This document shows, in pieces, positions 43,156-55,914 of a stretch of DNA of 64,000 nucleotides. A program made the translations under genes and the position numbers. The notes under the pieces are model-generated. The model was given only the letters and a program-made list of their open reading frames with translations, searched no databases and was not told the DNA's origin. The stretch is from Octopus vulgaris (taxonomy: Eukaryota): assembly GCA_951406725.2 (NCBI GenBank), contig OX597816.1, forward strand, positions 84,630,001 to 84,694,000, given 5' to 3'. Positions within the stretch are counted from its first letter, which is position 1. Every line of letters begins with the position of its first letter.

Positions 43156-43949
43156 ATATATATAAATATAATATATATTATATATAATATATATAAATAT
43201 AATATATATAATATATATATATATACCCACACACACAGAGGGAGAGAGAGAGAGAGTGAATGAGAGAGAGGAGGGTAGAATGAGAGAAGAGAGCTAGCAA
43301 AAGCGTCACTTCCCATTCTTCTACATACGTATACATAAATTCATACATAGATGTACACGTAAACACATGCACACACACACACACATACACACAAATACAT
43401 TATTATATAGATATATATGCATACACATACACACAAACACACAAGCAAACAGAAAGAGAAAAGAAAGAATGCATGCACACACACTCATATGCATACACAC
43501 ACACACCTTTACAGACATTGAAACCCATGCACACACACACACACACAAGCTCACATGAATGCAGAACAACACACACACACGCACACACACAAATGTACAC
43601 AAACACATACTCCATCACACTCTTCCCCCCACCTCTGCGCTCTCTACCCCACTCCACCCATATCCCCTTAGCCAGGTGAATTGCTGCGGGATTTGCAGAT
43701 CGCTTTTAATCCATCAAGATAAGTGAGAGAGGAGGTGGTGCAGTGGTTGGGAAAAAGTAGGGGAGGGGCGGCAGTGCAGTGGATAGAATGATGGAGATGT
43801 TTGGAAGTGGCGGTGGTGGGGTGAGGTAGGGTAGTAATTTTGGAATGATATGTGTGTGTGTTTCGTTTATTAGGGTATTTGAGGTGGTACTGATGGGTGG
43901 AAGAGTGATGGCACAGTGTGCAGTTGATGTGGGGAGGTTGGCAGTGGCA

Positions 43950-44465
43950 CAAAGGTGGTGACAGTAACAGCAATACTGATGATGCTGATGATGATGATGG
44001 TGATAATAATGACAAATATTGTGGGGATAATGAAAATGATGATGAGTGTGGTAGTGGTAATGGTGGTAGGGAAGCTAGTAATGAAGATATGGATAATGAA
44101 GAATATCGTGGCGATAATGAAGATTATGGCGATAATAAAAATGACGACGATGATGGTAGTGGTGGTGGTTGTGTCAGTATGAATGATGATGAGGATGATG
44201 GTAGCTGAGGTGGTAGCGACTGTGACGATGATGATGTTGATGGGAGATGGTAATGATGATAATGATGGTAATAATGATGGTGGTGATGATGATGATGGTA
44301 ATAGTGATAATGATGATGATGACGGTGGTAAAGATGACGACAATGTCAAATATAACGATGATGTTGATGAGGATGGTAGTTGTGACAGTATCAATGACGA
44401 TGACGATGATGGTCATGATGATGATAATCATGTTTATGGCAATGGTGATGTTAATGATGATGAAA
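43950..44465. repeat. Degenerate (GAT)n/(GGT)n low-complexity tract
   Basis: Imperfect trinucleotide repeat, open in several frames on both strands. Confidence 0.85.
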
Positions 44466-44591
44466 ATACAGAGGTATTCATACGGTTGACTTAGCCGTTA
44501 TTATTGCTGTGTTCTAATAAAACAGCAGAGATTAAAGTGAAGGTGGTATTGGTAGAATACTGGTTATGGGCACTTGATCCATGCATCAGAA

Positions 44592-44821
44592 TGGCGAGCT
44601 GGCAGAAACGTTAGCATGCCGGGAGAAATACTTGGCAGTATTTCGTCTGCGGTTATGTTCTGAGTTCAAATTCCGCCGAGGTTGACTTTGCCTTTCATAC
44701 TTTCAGGGGTCGATTAAATGAGTACCAGTTATGCACTGGGGTCGATATAATCGACTTAATCCGTTTGTCTGTCCTTGTTTGTCCTGTCTGTGTTTAGCCT
44801 CTTGTGCGTAGTAAAGAAATA
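44592..44821 (+). mobile_element. SINE family B full copy
   Basis: High identity to 2737-2967. Confidence 0.9.
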
Positions 44822-45084
44822 GGTATTGGAACATGTTTTTATTCGTTGTGCAGCTTTTTCATACTGCATGGTTTCTTTTATCTCTCACTTGCTTAAATGG
44901 CCATACAGGGGCACTGCCTTGAAGGGCCCTACCATGAACAAATCTCTTTTTTTTTTTATTTTTGTACTTATTGAATCAGTCTCTTTTGCTAAACTGCTAA
45001 GTTAGAGGTATGTGAATGAAAAATCAACAATGGTTGTCAAACACTGTTGGGGTGTGTGTGACAACGATACAAAGATGCATATGT

Positions 45085-45115
<31 letters not shown>

Positions 45116-45753
45116 TATGTGCATGTATATCATCATCATCATCGTCAATTAATGTCCATTTTCCATGCTGCTATGGGTTGGACGGTTTGACTGAGGTCTG
45201 GAGAGCCAGCAGCTGCACCAAGCTCCAATCTGGTCTGGCAGAGTTTCTATAGCTGGATGCCGTTCCTAATGCCAACCACTCCGGGAGTGTAGTGGGTGTT
45301 CTACCTGTGCCACCGGCACAGGGGCCGGTAAGGTGGGCCTGGCAATGACTACGTTTGGATGGTACTTTTTATGTGCCATCAGCACAGGAGCCAGTCAGGG
45401 GGTACTGGCATTCGTCACGATCAGTTGGTGCTTTTTACATGCAACCAGCACCAGAGCCAGTAAGACGGGCCTGGCAATAACACATTCAGATGGTAGGCTG
45501 CCTGGTAATGAACACATTTGGATGGTTTTATATATATACATACACATATATATATATATATATATATATTACGTTTCAAGATGATGTACAGGTATTATAT
45601 ATTAGAAGAAATGAGGTACTCAGAAATCTGGATGGTTTTATATTTACAGATATTTATTAGTATGTTACATGTTTTTATACATCATATATCATATATTAGT
45701 GCTTTCGTCCATTCTAGTGGAGTCTACCTCACCATTACTCAAATGAAAATTAT

Positions 45754-45874
45754 GGATCTTTTCAATCTTAGTCACAGATTTTTTAACTGTGACATTCAAC
45801 CAATATCCAAAGTTTCAAATTGTTTAGTTAAAAACATTTAATTAAAATATCTGTGACTGTGATTGAAAAAATCC
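45754..45874. mobile_element. Small GG-terminal MITE
   Basis: ggatcttttcaatc..agtcacagat / atctgtgact..gattgaaaaaatcc inverted ends; degenerate 8-bp TSD aaaattat/agaattac. Confidence 0.6.
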
Positions 45875-45888
45875 AGAATTACTGTAGT

Positions 45889-46218
45889 GCAGTTCTATAT
45901 TTAAGAGATGAGGAATTATGTACATTATTTACATTCGATAGATATTTGTCCTCATCTTGTTATTATTCAGGTCACTGCTTGGAATTGAACTTGGAATCTT
46001 GGGGTTAGTAGCCAACGCTCTTAACTCAAAGATTCCGAGTTCGATTCCGGGCCGTGACCTGAATAACAATAATAATAACATTGTAAAATACCTTAGGAAT
46101 GAGAACCCAGGTCTGAAATTACCCTAAGACACCTGAAGAAGGCTGGAGGGTATATCAGCCAAAATGTGTTAACAACAAACAAGATGAGGACAAATATCCG
46201 TCGAATATAAATAATGTA
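45889..46218. mobile_element. Head-to-head inverted insertion of the tRNA-head/hammerhead SINE
   Basis: Minus-strand deleted copy (45889-46025) fused to a plus-strand 5'-truncated copy (46026-46218); 12-bp TSD aattactgtagt at 45877-45888 and 46219-46230. Confidence 0.85.
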
Positions 46219-48284
46219 AATTACTGTAGTATATTTGAAGTGAAGAACTACAAATAGATGTCAGTTGTCAACAGTCATGATACTAATAGAGAAAGTGAGT
46301 GTAATTGTGACCATTGCTGCTGTTGTTGTTGAATGAACAGACCTATGATCATAAGAATTCAAGCTGTGATAATCTTGTCTACATGGTCCAATATGCACAT
46401 GCATTTTTTAAGATGGTACAAGTTTGAGTGAGATTTGACTGCTATCACTAGCAGCATAAGGGATTATATATAAGGATTCCCTTGTCAGCTGGCATTAGTG
46501 GTGGTAGTGCAGATGGTGGTGGTTATGTAAGACAGTTAAATTTTCTTAAAGATTAGTTCTTTTTCTTTTTTCTTTTTTTTTTTTTAATAAGGGCAATATT
46601 AGAAGTAGGTCTTTAAGCAATAATGATAATGCTGTTGTTGCTGTTTAGATGATGATGATGTTATGATGACGGTGGTGGTGGTCGTCGTACAAAACAAAGC
46701 GGTGATGATGGTATTGGTGGTGGTGGTGGTGATGACAGAAATTATAGATGGTATGGAGAGTAATTAGTGATGGTGGGTGAGATAACAAACTGCTGCAGAG
46801 ATCATTAACTCTAACTGAATGATGACGATGACGGGGATGACAACATCAACAATGACAATGGTGATGCAGAGGGGACAAGAAAGAGGTGGGAGAGAAGAGA
46901 GGATGCAGAGATGGAAGGTGAGAAATAATGATATGGTGGCGATACTGGATGATGATGACAATGATGATAATAAATGATAAATAATGATGAGGTGACAGTG
47001 ATGGTGGTTGCTGTGGTGATGGTAGTAAAAAATGCTGTCAAGATGGCATGGAATATGCTAGAAATAGCAGCCAAGTCTCCCTCAAAAAAGAAATCTGACC
47101 ATCTTAACAAGGACGCTTTAGGTACAGACCATAAGTGCTACGACCCTTACAGCCTAAAATGACAGGATGGTTACTGGTTATGGGCACTTGATCCATGCGT
47201 CAGTACTGACCTGGGGTTAACCAATAGAAGCAGCTGAGTTGAAGGTAAGCATGAGCATCAAAGACAGCATCGTCACTATGACAGCATATCACTGGCACAA
47301 GTCCACAACGACCACTCAACACTACTACCACCACAATCATCACCACTACACCTAATAGTCAATACCATCACGGTTTGTTGCTACAGTTACTACTACCACC
47401 ACCACCATTGCAATGCAACCACGACAATCTTTTATATACAGTAACCACCACCACCACTACCACACTAACATCACTAGCACCACTGCTACCACTCCTAACA
47501 TCACTAGCGCCAAACCACCACCACCACACCACCAATACCACTACCACAACTATTTGTCACCTCTATACGCCACTCTGTCAACACCCAGTGGAAACCAATT
47601 ATTTGTGTAAGCAGTGGGGTGCATAGGTGGAGGGGGTGAAACATCAGTGGTGGGGATGTTAGATGGAGATCGGGAGAGAAAATACACGCGCACATACACA
47701 CACACACAAACATTTATACATACATACATACATATATATATACATAGACAGATATATCGAGAGAGAGAGAGATTTCTGTCTTGGATAGAGGAAGGCAAGA
47801 AAGACGCAGATATAACGATGACCCAGACACACACACACGCGTCGATATGTATTTACCATTCCCCACCGTCACGTGTGTTGTCCTTTTATCACTCAGCTTT
47901 ATTCCACTATCATACAAGCCAGTTTCCCTCCTGGTTGGTTGTTCCCGCTTTTATTTTATTTTATTTTATTTTACCCATCTCCCAAAGCTGTTTACTGGAA
48001 GGAAATAAATATTGTGTGGATCCAGGTGGAGGGAGAAAGTAGAAAACAAAAATGAACGGGACGAGAGACAAAGAAAGAAAGAAAAAATAGAAGAAGGAAA
48101 GTAAATATACAAGATTAGGTAGGAAAGAGTGTGAGAGAGATTAAGAGGGAAAAGGGAAGGAAGCTTATAAAGGACGAGGAGAGATAAGAAGAACGAGAAG
48201 AAGGAAATACAAAGAAGAAAAAGAAGGAAAGAATGGCGTTTAATGATTTTAACCAAGTGTTTCATTTGTTTGTTTACTATTTCT

Positions 48285-48683
48285 GGCGATCTTTCGTCTT
48301 TAGTAGACCTTTCCGTCGATTTCCGTAAAAAAATATATTTTTTTTTACATATGGGCTTGCGGGAACTTTTGAAGTAATATACATACATATACACATACAC
48401 CGAGTAAAAAATTTCAGTTATCTCTTTCTATCACACATTACTCTCTCTGTCTCTTCACACACACTAACAGAAGCACTTCACTTACACAACATACTGTCTG
48501 TCTCCCACACCCCATCAAACACACACACACACACATGTACATCAATGCTTGCCATGCACGGTAACTTCAAAAGAACTTCCCTCGTCATAAAATCGCTTTC
48601 TGAAGTTCCCGCAAGCCCATATGTAAAAAAAAAAAATTTTTACGGAAATCGACGGAAAGGTCTACTAGAGACGAAAGATTGCC
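48285..48683. mobile_element. MITE with ~85-bp TIRs and 8-bp TSD (Merlin- or hAT-like)
   Basis: ggcgatctttcgtc..gggaactt / aagttccc..gacgaaagattgcc; TSD ctatttct at 48277-48284 and 48684-48691. Confidence 0.9.
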
Positions 48684-49119
48684 CTATTTCTTGCTAGAGT
48701 CCTTGTTGTTATTGTTGTTGATGGGATTCATTAATTTATTATCTTTTGTGGAGCGGGGTTAGTAGAATATAAACTTCAACAATTATGTCATTAACTGTAG
48801 TTTTTAATTAACGCTATTTCTTCCACCATAATTAACCGTCACCACCACCCGTATTTGGTACGTTGTTTGGTCATTGTGAAATGATCAGCGAGCGGCACGC
48901 GTGAAGAGATTTGTGTTGCTGTTTTGTGCTTCGTTATGTATTTATTTTTTTCTTTCTTATATGACTGCGGCTGGCTTATATGACTGGTTGGTAGGTCATT
49001 CGGCTGGTTCAGTCACGTTATGTCATTCTATGTTGGCATTGTTTAATAAGATACTGCCGCTTTAGTTATCATTTTTATACACCTGTAAAATCTGCCGAAG
49101 TTGGTTGAGCTCATTTAAG

Positions 49120-49560
49120 AGCCACTGACGAGGTTTTCATGAAAAGTAAAAGAAAGACCTTCAAAGAATACACCCTTCCAGTGATGATTTACGGAAGTGA
49201 AACAAGAGCTTTTAGCATTACTATCATGAACGCCCTCATTGTAGCCCAACTAAAAAATGGAACGAACCATGCTCGGCATCACATTGCAGGACGAGAAAAC
49301 CAACGCCTGGATTCGACAGCATACGAGAAGCAATGACACCACAAGAACCACCAGGGAGAACAAATATAGAAGGGTTAGTCACATCGCGCGACTGAAGAGG
49401 GACACTCAGAGTGACGGAACGGACAGCACGATAATGGACATGATCAAGAGGTAGACCAAAGACAATTTGGCGAGATGATTTCACCGTTACCCCAGGGCCT
49501 TGATGGCCACCACTGATCAGAGGCAGACAATTGTGGAAGGAGTCCAAGCAGAGATTCCTC
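49120..49560 (+). mobile_element. RTE-clade LINE ORF2 C-terminal remnant
   Basis: LPVMIYGSET...AQ/MERTMLGITLQDEKTNAWIRQ...SHIAR; frameshifted. Confidence 0.85.
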
Positions 49561-49565
49561 CTTCA

Positions 49566-49865
49566 ATAGGCGCAGGCATGGCTGTGTGGAAAAAAGATTG
49601 CTCCCGACCACATGGTTCCGGTTTCAGTCCTACTGCGTGGCACTTTGGGCAAGTATTTTATATGGCCGCGAGCCAACCAAAGCCTTGTGAGTGGAGTAGA
49701 TGGAAACTGAAAGAAGCACGTCGTATGTATGTATGGATGGATGGATGGATGTGTGTGTTTATCCCACAACGTCACTTGAAATGGGTGTTGGTGTGTTTAC
49801 GTCCTTGTAACTTAGCGATTCGGCAAAAGGTTTCGATTAAAATGAGTACCAGGCTCAAAATAGTA
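49566..49865 (+). mobile_element. SINE family A copy (diverged)
   Basis: Homology to 4191-4601. Confidence 0.85.
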
Positions 49866-50102
49866 CTAGTGTGTTTCAAAGATTTTACAAAAACATAACC
49901 GGAAAATTGAACAAAAACAGAACAAACGGAAATATTGACAAAACCATAACACACGGAAAATTCGTAGATAATTCCTCATCAATCAACATGCAAGATATCT
50001 TAATAGTTTCGTGCCGTTATCGTTGAGAGGCGCCAGTGCAAAAAAAAGCCACTGGGACTGGCTTACGAATAAACAAGACAAACTAAAATGACTAAAATAA
50101 TT

Positions 50103-50200
<98 letters not shown>

Positions 50201-50538
50201 TGTGTGTAATATCAGGTTAATAAACCTTATAACGCGACATCCATAGCATGAGAAGATACACGCCATCAAGAATATTAAGCCCAATTAAACACACCAATGA
50301 AAATCATATCACGCAAATAGCTATAAAACCAGAGAACACTGAATTACATGGTTGTGTGGTTAACACGCTTTGCAGCCACGTAGTCTCCAGTTCAATCACG
50401 ATGCACAGAACCTTGGACAAGTGTCGGATCTTACAACTACTTGAAGAATTTCAAATTTTTACTGAATTATTTGAAAGAAATTTAAAAAAAAAGTTTTGCA
50501 TCCCGATGAGGATAAATCGTATTGATTTTCTTTTTCTA

Positions 50539-50585
<47 letters not shown>

Positions 50586-51779
50586 CGTCATTAACAACAT
50601 TTTAACGCTCACTTCAATTATCTCAGTGTCTGTTCCGCCACCCTGATTGTCTAGGTCGGATGGAGTAAATTGATGCAGATTTTCTACATCCGGATGTCTT
50701 TTCTGTTACCAACCCTCAAATGTTTATAAGCAAGATAATATTTCCCTACGGTCAGGCATGTTCACGCTGAATATTGGGAGAAAATTATCGGCACTACATG
50801 GCAACAATTTACATGCATCATACATTGTTAAGACAAGGGGACACACACACGAAGACATTCAGAGGGTTCTTTCAGTTTCCGCCAACCAAATCCTCTCACA
50901 AAAGATCTGGTCGGGCTCCGGAACTATAGTAGAAGACACCTGTTTAACATGTCACGCAGTGAGATTGAACCCAGAACCAAGTGGTTGGGAAGCAAACTTC
51001 TTTTTCATAAATTTATCAAAATACCAAACTGGTTTCAACAATCATTTTGTTTATCAATGATAAATGAATAAAAGTTTAGGAGAGACTGAAAGTACAAGGG
51101 AAAATTCCGAAAAATAAGCTTAAAAATCAAATGCTCCTAAAACAATTCCAGTATTCAATAAATTTCATAGAGATAGATAATAATATAAGTTTGGGAGTTT
51201 CATAACAGTCATACATGACTGAAAGTTCAGTATCATTGAATTATATTAACAATTAAATACGATGAAGTTTTAAGAGAGCAAGAAAAATGTTTCTTGTAAC
51301 AATTTCTGTTGTAGTTATTTTTTGTTTACCACTAATAAACAAAAAATGTTGAAATTGGTTTGATATTTTAATAAATTTGTTACAAAATTTAAAAGTTACA
51401 AATCGTTTTAAAACTCGGGTGCATTTTCAAACCCTAAACCAACTCTCCGACATACACACACGCATATTTGTTTAAAACACAAACTCATTGACGTACATTA
51501 CACACATGACTCACACACAGACAACGGAAACATGAATGCATGTATGACGTAATGGTTAAAAATTTTTGTAACTAAATGTGGATGGGGAGATATTGAAAAT
51601 ATATAATGAGATGGGCGATTTTGAGGATTGACACGGATATTCTGTTGTAAACAGACACTATAAAAGATATACATATACTATAGCATATACGTATAATCAT
51701 ACACACTAACTATAGATCACACAGATACAGTAAAATTTTCTCACGTGCAGGAAGTATATAATGTGCGTTGTGTTTTGCT

Positions 51780-52080
51780 TAAAGACCCCTTTTGGTCATG
51801 AATGACCATGGGATTGCATCGAGAAAGTTACCCACCGAGGTCCAAGCAAAGTTGTTTATGGAAGACCAGCTGTCGTCCGTGCATATCAGTCTCCTCTCTC
51901 CACACCACTGATGTTATCTAAGGGAAAGGCAAAGACCGATGCAGCTTGACACCTGTGACGTCGCAACTCATTCCTATAGCTGAGTGAACAGGAGCAATAA
52001 ATATATAAAGTGTCTTGCTCCAGAACACTACCTCATGATTGCGAGCCCGATGCTGTAACCACTGAGCCATGCGCCTTCAT
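51780..52080 (-). mobile_element. SINE family E copy
   Basis: Homology to 41637-41957. Confidence 0.85.
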
Positions 52081-52465
52081 CGTGTAAACAAGCAACAAAT
52101 CACAGCAGAACGCTCAATGTAAGAGCGCACCTTTAACGCAGATCTGATGAAGTTCCACTCTAATGTTTAAAACCCGCCAATATTATTACATAACTTTTAC
52201 ATGAAACTTTTCAGTGAATTGGCGTCAGAAAGAGAATTGGGACAGAAACAATTGTAACTGGCGATTAAAGCCGTGATAAACTCTTTGTCTTATTATTTGT
52301 ATTATATTTATATGCATCCTTCCGTCGAGGTCACCTTTTCCTTTCATTCTTACGGGATTGGTAAAGTAAGAACCAATTAAGTACCTGTAGTCGATGTAAT
52401 CGACTTCCGCCTTCCCTCAAAAAGCTACTGGGCCAGTGATAAAATTTGACACCATTATATTTACA

Positions 52466-52626
52466 TGGAGGAGTGGGTGTGTGGTAAGTAGCTTGCTTAC
52501 CAACCATATGGCTCCGGGTTCAGTCCCACTGCGTGGCATTTTGGGCAAGTGTCATCTACTATAGCCTCGGGCTGACCCAAAACTTCGTGAGTGGATTTAG
52601 TAGACAGAAACTGAAAGAAGCCCGTC

Positions 52627-52680
<54 letters not shown>

Positions 52681-52850
52681 TTGACAACCGATGTTGGTGT
52701 GTTTATGTCCCCGTAAAGTAGCAGTTCGGCCTAAGGGATCGATAGAATAAGTACTAGGCTTACAAAGATTAAATCCTGCGGGCGATTTGTTCGACTAAAG
52801 GCGGTGCGGCCGCAGTCAAATGACTGATACAAGTAAAAGAAAAGAATAAA
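52466..52850 (+). mobile_element. SINE family A copy
   Basis: Homology to 4191-4601. Confidence 0.9.
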
Positions 52851-54000
52851 AGAAAATGTATGCATAAGTGTATGTATCTATATTTTTGTGTATGTGTGCG
52901 TGCGTGTATGTGATATGTTTATATGTTTGTGCGTGTATACGCATATGTATGTGTGACTTATTTTTCTCCCATTCCCCCTCTTTTCATATGCTATAAGTTA
53001 ACTCATCCAAAATTTTTGTTACTTAATTCCTGCAGTAGCGTAGGCGAAACAATATATTTTGTCGGACTAACGACTGCAGATTAAATATTCTGTATATACA
53101 TTTATATGTGTGTACGTGTGTGTGTGTGTCTTCGCCTCACATCTTAATCGGTGTTCGTTTGTATTCGTCATCGTAACGTAGCAGTACGGCAATAAATGCC
53201 GACAGAATAATTACGAAACCTAAAAAGAATGTCTTGGGGGTCAATTCGACTAAAACTTTAAAACAAACACCTCAGCATGGGCACAGTTCAATGATTGAAA
53301 TAAAAAAAAGGTCACACAGACACACACACAATAAGCGCTTCACTGTGTCAAGGCTATCACAACTTAATTCAATAAAAACCAAAAACAGAACCATTCGAAA
53401 ATAAAATAAAATAATACGTACATACAAAAGCAACAGTCTATAAAATAAATGAAAAGTGAATACATACGCGGAAAGAGACACGAACATTTTTGAACTTTAA
53501 AATTACTTAACATACACATTTAGAATGAAACCGCCCGCTGCGCCAGATAACTTAAGTAGATACGTTTTTAGTGTTATTATCGTGGTTGTTACCATTCTTA
53601 GTTTTTTTTTTCTTCTTTTCTCTTTTTATTTCACCCTCTTGTCGGAATGGCTCTCTAATGGAAATTTTATTGTTCCTCTTAATGTGTCTACACTATAATG
53701 TGGTAGGTAAGCGAGTCAATTTAAGAGGACTTCGCTTAATTTATATTATAATCTACGGCTGTTTTAATACCTATTAATAGAACATCTCGTTCAGATCAAC
53801 ATATATTTCACGCCATCTTTCTTATGTTTTATGTCTAAAGTGTTTTTACATGGTAGGATGAGGGTGGATAAGGCGGTGAAGAGTTTAACTGGCACGCCTT
53901 ATTGTTCGGTAGAGAGCTGCTGGCAGAATCGTAAGCACATCGGACAAAATGCTTAGCGTCTTCACGTTTCGAGTTCAAAATCCGTCAAAGTCGACTTTGC

Positions 54001-54577
54001 GGATCTTTACCTTTTGACCTACAGATTTAAAAAATAATTTTTTGTAACTAAACACTTTCAAACTTCGGACACTGGTAGAATGTGTCATATAAAACATCTT
54101 TTACTCTTAGCATTTTTGAGAAAAACTTATATTTACGAAGTTATTTCACGTTAAAGTTCTTGTATTTCGGTAATTTCAACTAATCAATGACGCGCATTCT
54201 GCTGAATAAAATTACAACAACTATCGGCGGTATATTTTTCGTTTGTCAGTGTTACATATGACATCGTTCGTGCGTTTGTACAGGTGTTAGGGTGTTGGGG
54301 TTGTCATAAATAACAGTGACAAACGAAATATACACCGCCGGAAGTTCTTGTTGACAAACATCGGCAGTAATTTTATTCAGCTGAATACACGTCATTGGTT
54401 GAAATTACCGAAATACGAGAACTTTAACGTGAAATAACTTCGTAAATATAAGTTTTTCTCAAAAATGCTAAGAGTAAAAGATGTTTTATATGACACATTC
54501 TACCAGAGTCTGAAGTTTCAAAGTGCTTAGTCACAAAAAATTATTTTTTAAATCTGTAGGTCAAAATGTAAAGATCC
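54001..54577. mobile_element. Long-TIR foldback MITE with 8-bp TSD, nested in a SINE B copy
   Basis: Near-perfect inverted arms of over 200 bp (ggatctttac...gtaaagatcc); TSD gactttgc (53993-54000) and gacttagc (54578-54585); host SINE continues as ttttcatcc. Confidence 0.93.
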
Positions 54578-55048
54578 GACTTAGCTTTTCATCCATTCGG
54601 GCTCAATAAAATAAGTATCAGTTCAGAGCACTTGGGTCGATGGAACCGCTAAATCCCCTTACCCAGAATTTCAGGCCTTGTACCGATAGCAGAAAGAATT
54701 ATTTGGCAGAATCAGTTATAGCTTCGGACAAAATGCTTTACTGTATTTTCATTCGAGTCTTTAAGTTCTGAGTTCAAATCACACCGTGGTCAACTTTTTC
54801 ATTTCACCCCTCTGGTGTCGATAAAATAAAACATAGTCGATTTATTCGACTAAACCCTCTCCCACACCAAATTTGTAGTTTTGTGCCTATGTTCGCTCTT
54901 CCCCACTGTCGTCATCATTAGAATTTGTAAATACACAGAGAAATAGTGAGTGTAACATGTACAGACTGTCATACAGAAGGACGTTCAAGTGCACAGTGTG
55001 ATTGATCATTGACTACTGGAAATAAGGTAGAACTAGGAAGAAGGTTCT

Positions 55049-55351
55049 GGGGGCGCAATGGCCCAGTGGTTAGGACAGCGGAGGATCGCGGTTTCGATTC
55101 CCAGACCGGGCGTTGTGTGTGTTTATTGAGCGAAAACACCTAAAAGCTCCACGAGGCTCTGCCAGGGAGGGGGTGGCGACCCCAGTTGTACTCTTTCGCC
55201 ATAACTTTCTCTCACTCTCTCTTCCTGTTTCTTGAGTAACGCTGCGATGGACAGGCGTCCCGTCCAGCTGGGGGGAACACATATGCCACAGAAACCGGGA
55301 AACCGGGCCCATGAGCCTGGCTAGGCTTGAAAAGGGCGAAAAAAAAAAAAG
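55049..55351 (+). mobile_element. Young tRNA-derived SINE with Meta/V-like core and poly(A) tail
   Basis: A box tggcccagtgg, B box gtttcgattcc, core ctgcgatggacaggcgtcccgtccag..atgccacagaaaccgg, A-tail; TSD agaaggttct (55039-55048, 55352-55361). Confidence 0.88.
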
Positions 55352-55914
55352 AGAAGGTTCTAGGAATCGAACCTGGCCATCTGGCATGCAGTGGGTGTAT
55401 TAAATCAGGACTGATCAGTGGCTACGCAACAACTTTATTCGTAACAGTTTCGACGATTAGGAAAATTGTAAATTGGTTTCACATTTTGGCACAAGGCCAG
55501 AAATTTTAAGGGGGGGAGTAAGTAATTGGTACTTATTTTATCGCCCCCCCCCCCCCGAAAGGATGAAAGGTAATTTGAACTCGGAACGTTAGGACAGACG
55601 AAAAGCCGCAAAGCATTTTGCCTGGCGTTCTAACGATTCAGCCAAGCACGCCTCCTTTATCTCGATAAAGCACAAGGATCTTAAATCATAAAACGCAACC
55701 GATTCACTAGTAACAACAAACAGTTTGATGTGATAAGAGAATAAGTTAGAAGCGGGTGCAAACACAGATCCACATTCTTTTTGCAAACAAGGTCGACTTT
55801 TTTCAATCTTAATATCAAAATAGACACAGGTATTGATAATAGTAATTATTATCATATTTGTACATCAATCAAATCAGATAAATCTAATAGAAAGGTAATC
55901 TTTCAAATCACTAA

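Noticed and set aside
43870-44494. Asp-rich or Ser-rich ORFs resembling acidic biomineralisation proteins
   Set aside because: Degenerate (GAT)n tract with in-frame stops, no signal peptide and no convincing splice context
48005-48040. PPGS peptide on the minus strand as the GPN2 P-loop exon
   Set aside because: Reads LPPPGSTQY, lacking the G..GKT Walker A residues
54283-54305. Telomere-like gttaggg/gttgggg
   Set aside because: Only one or two degenerate units within a MITE spacer
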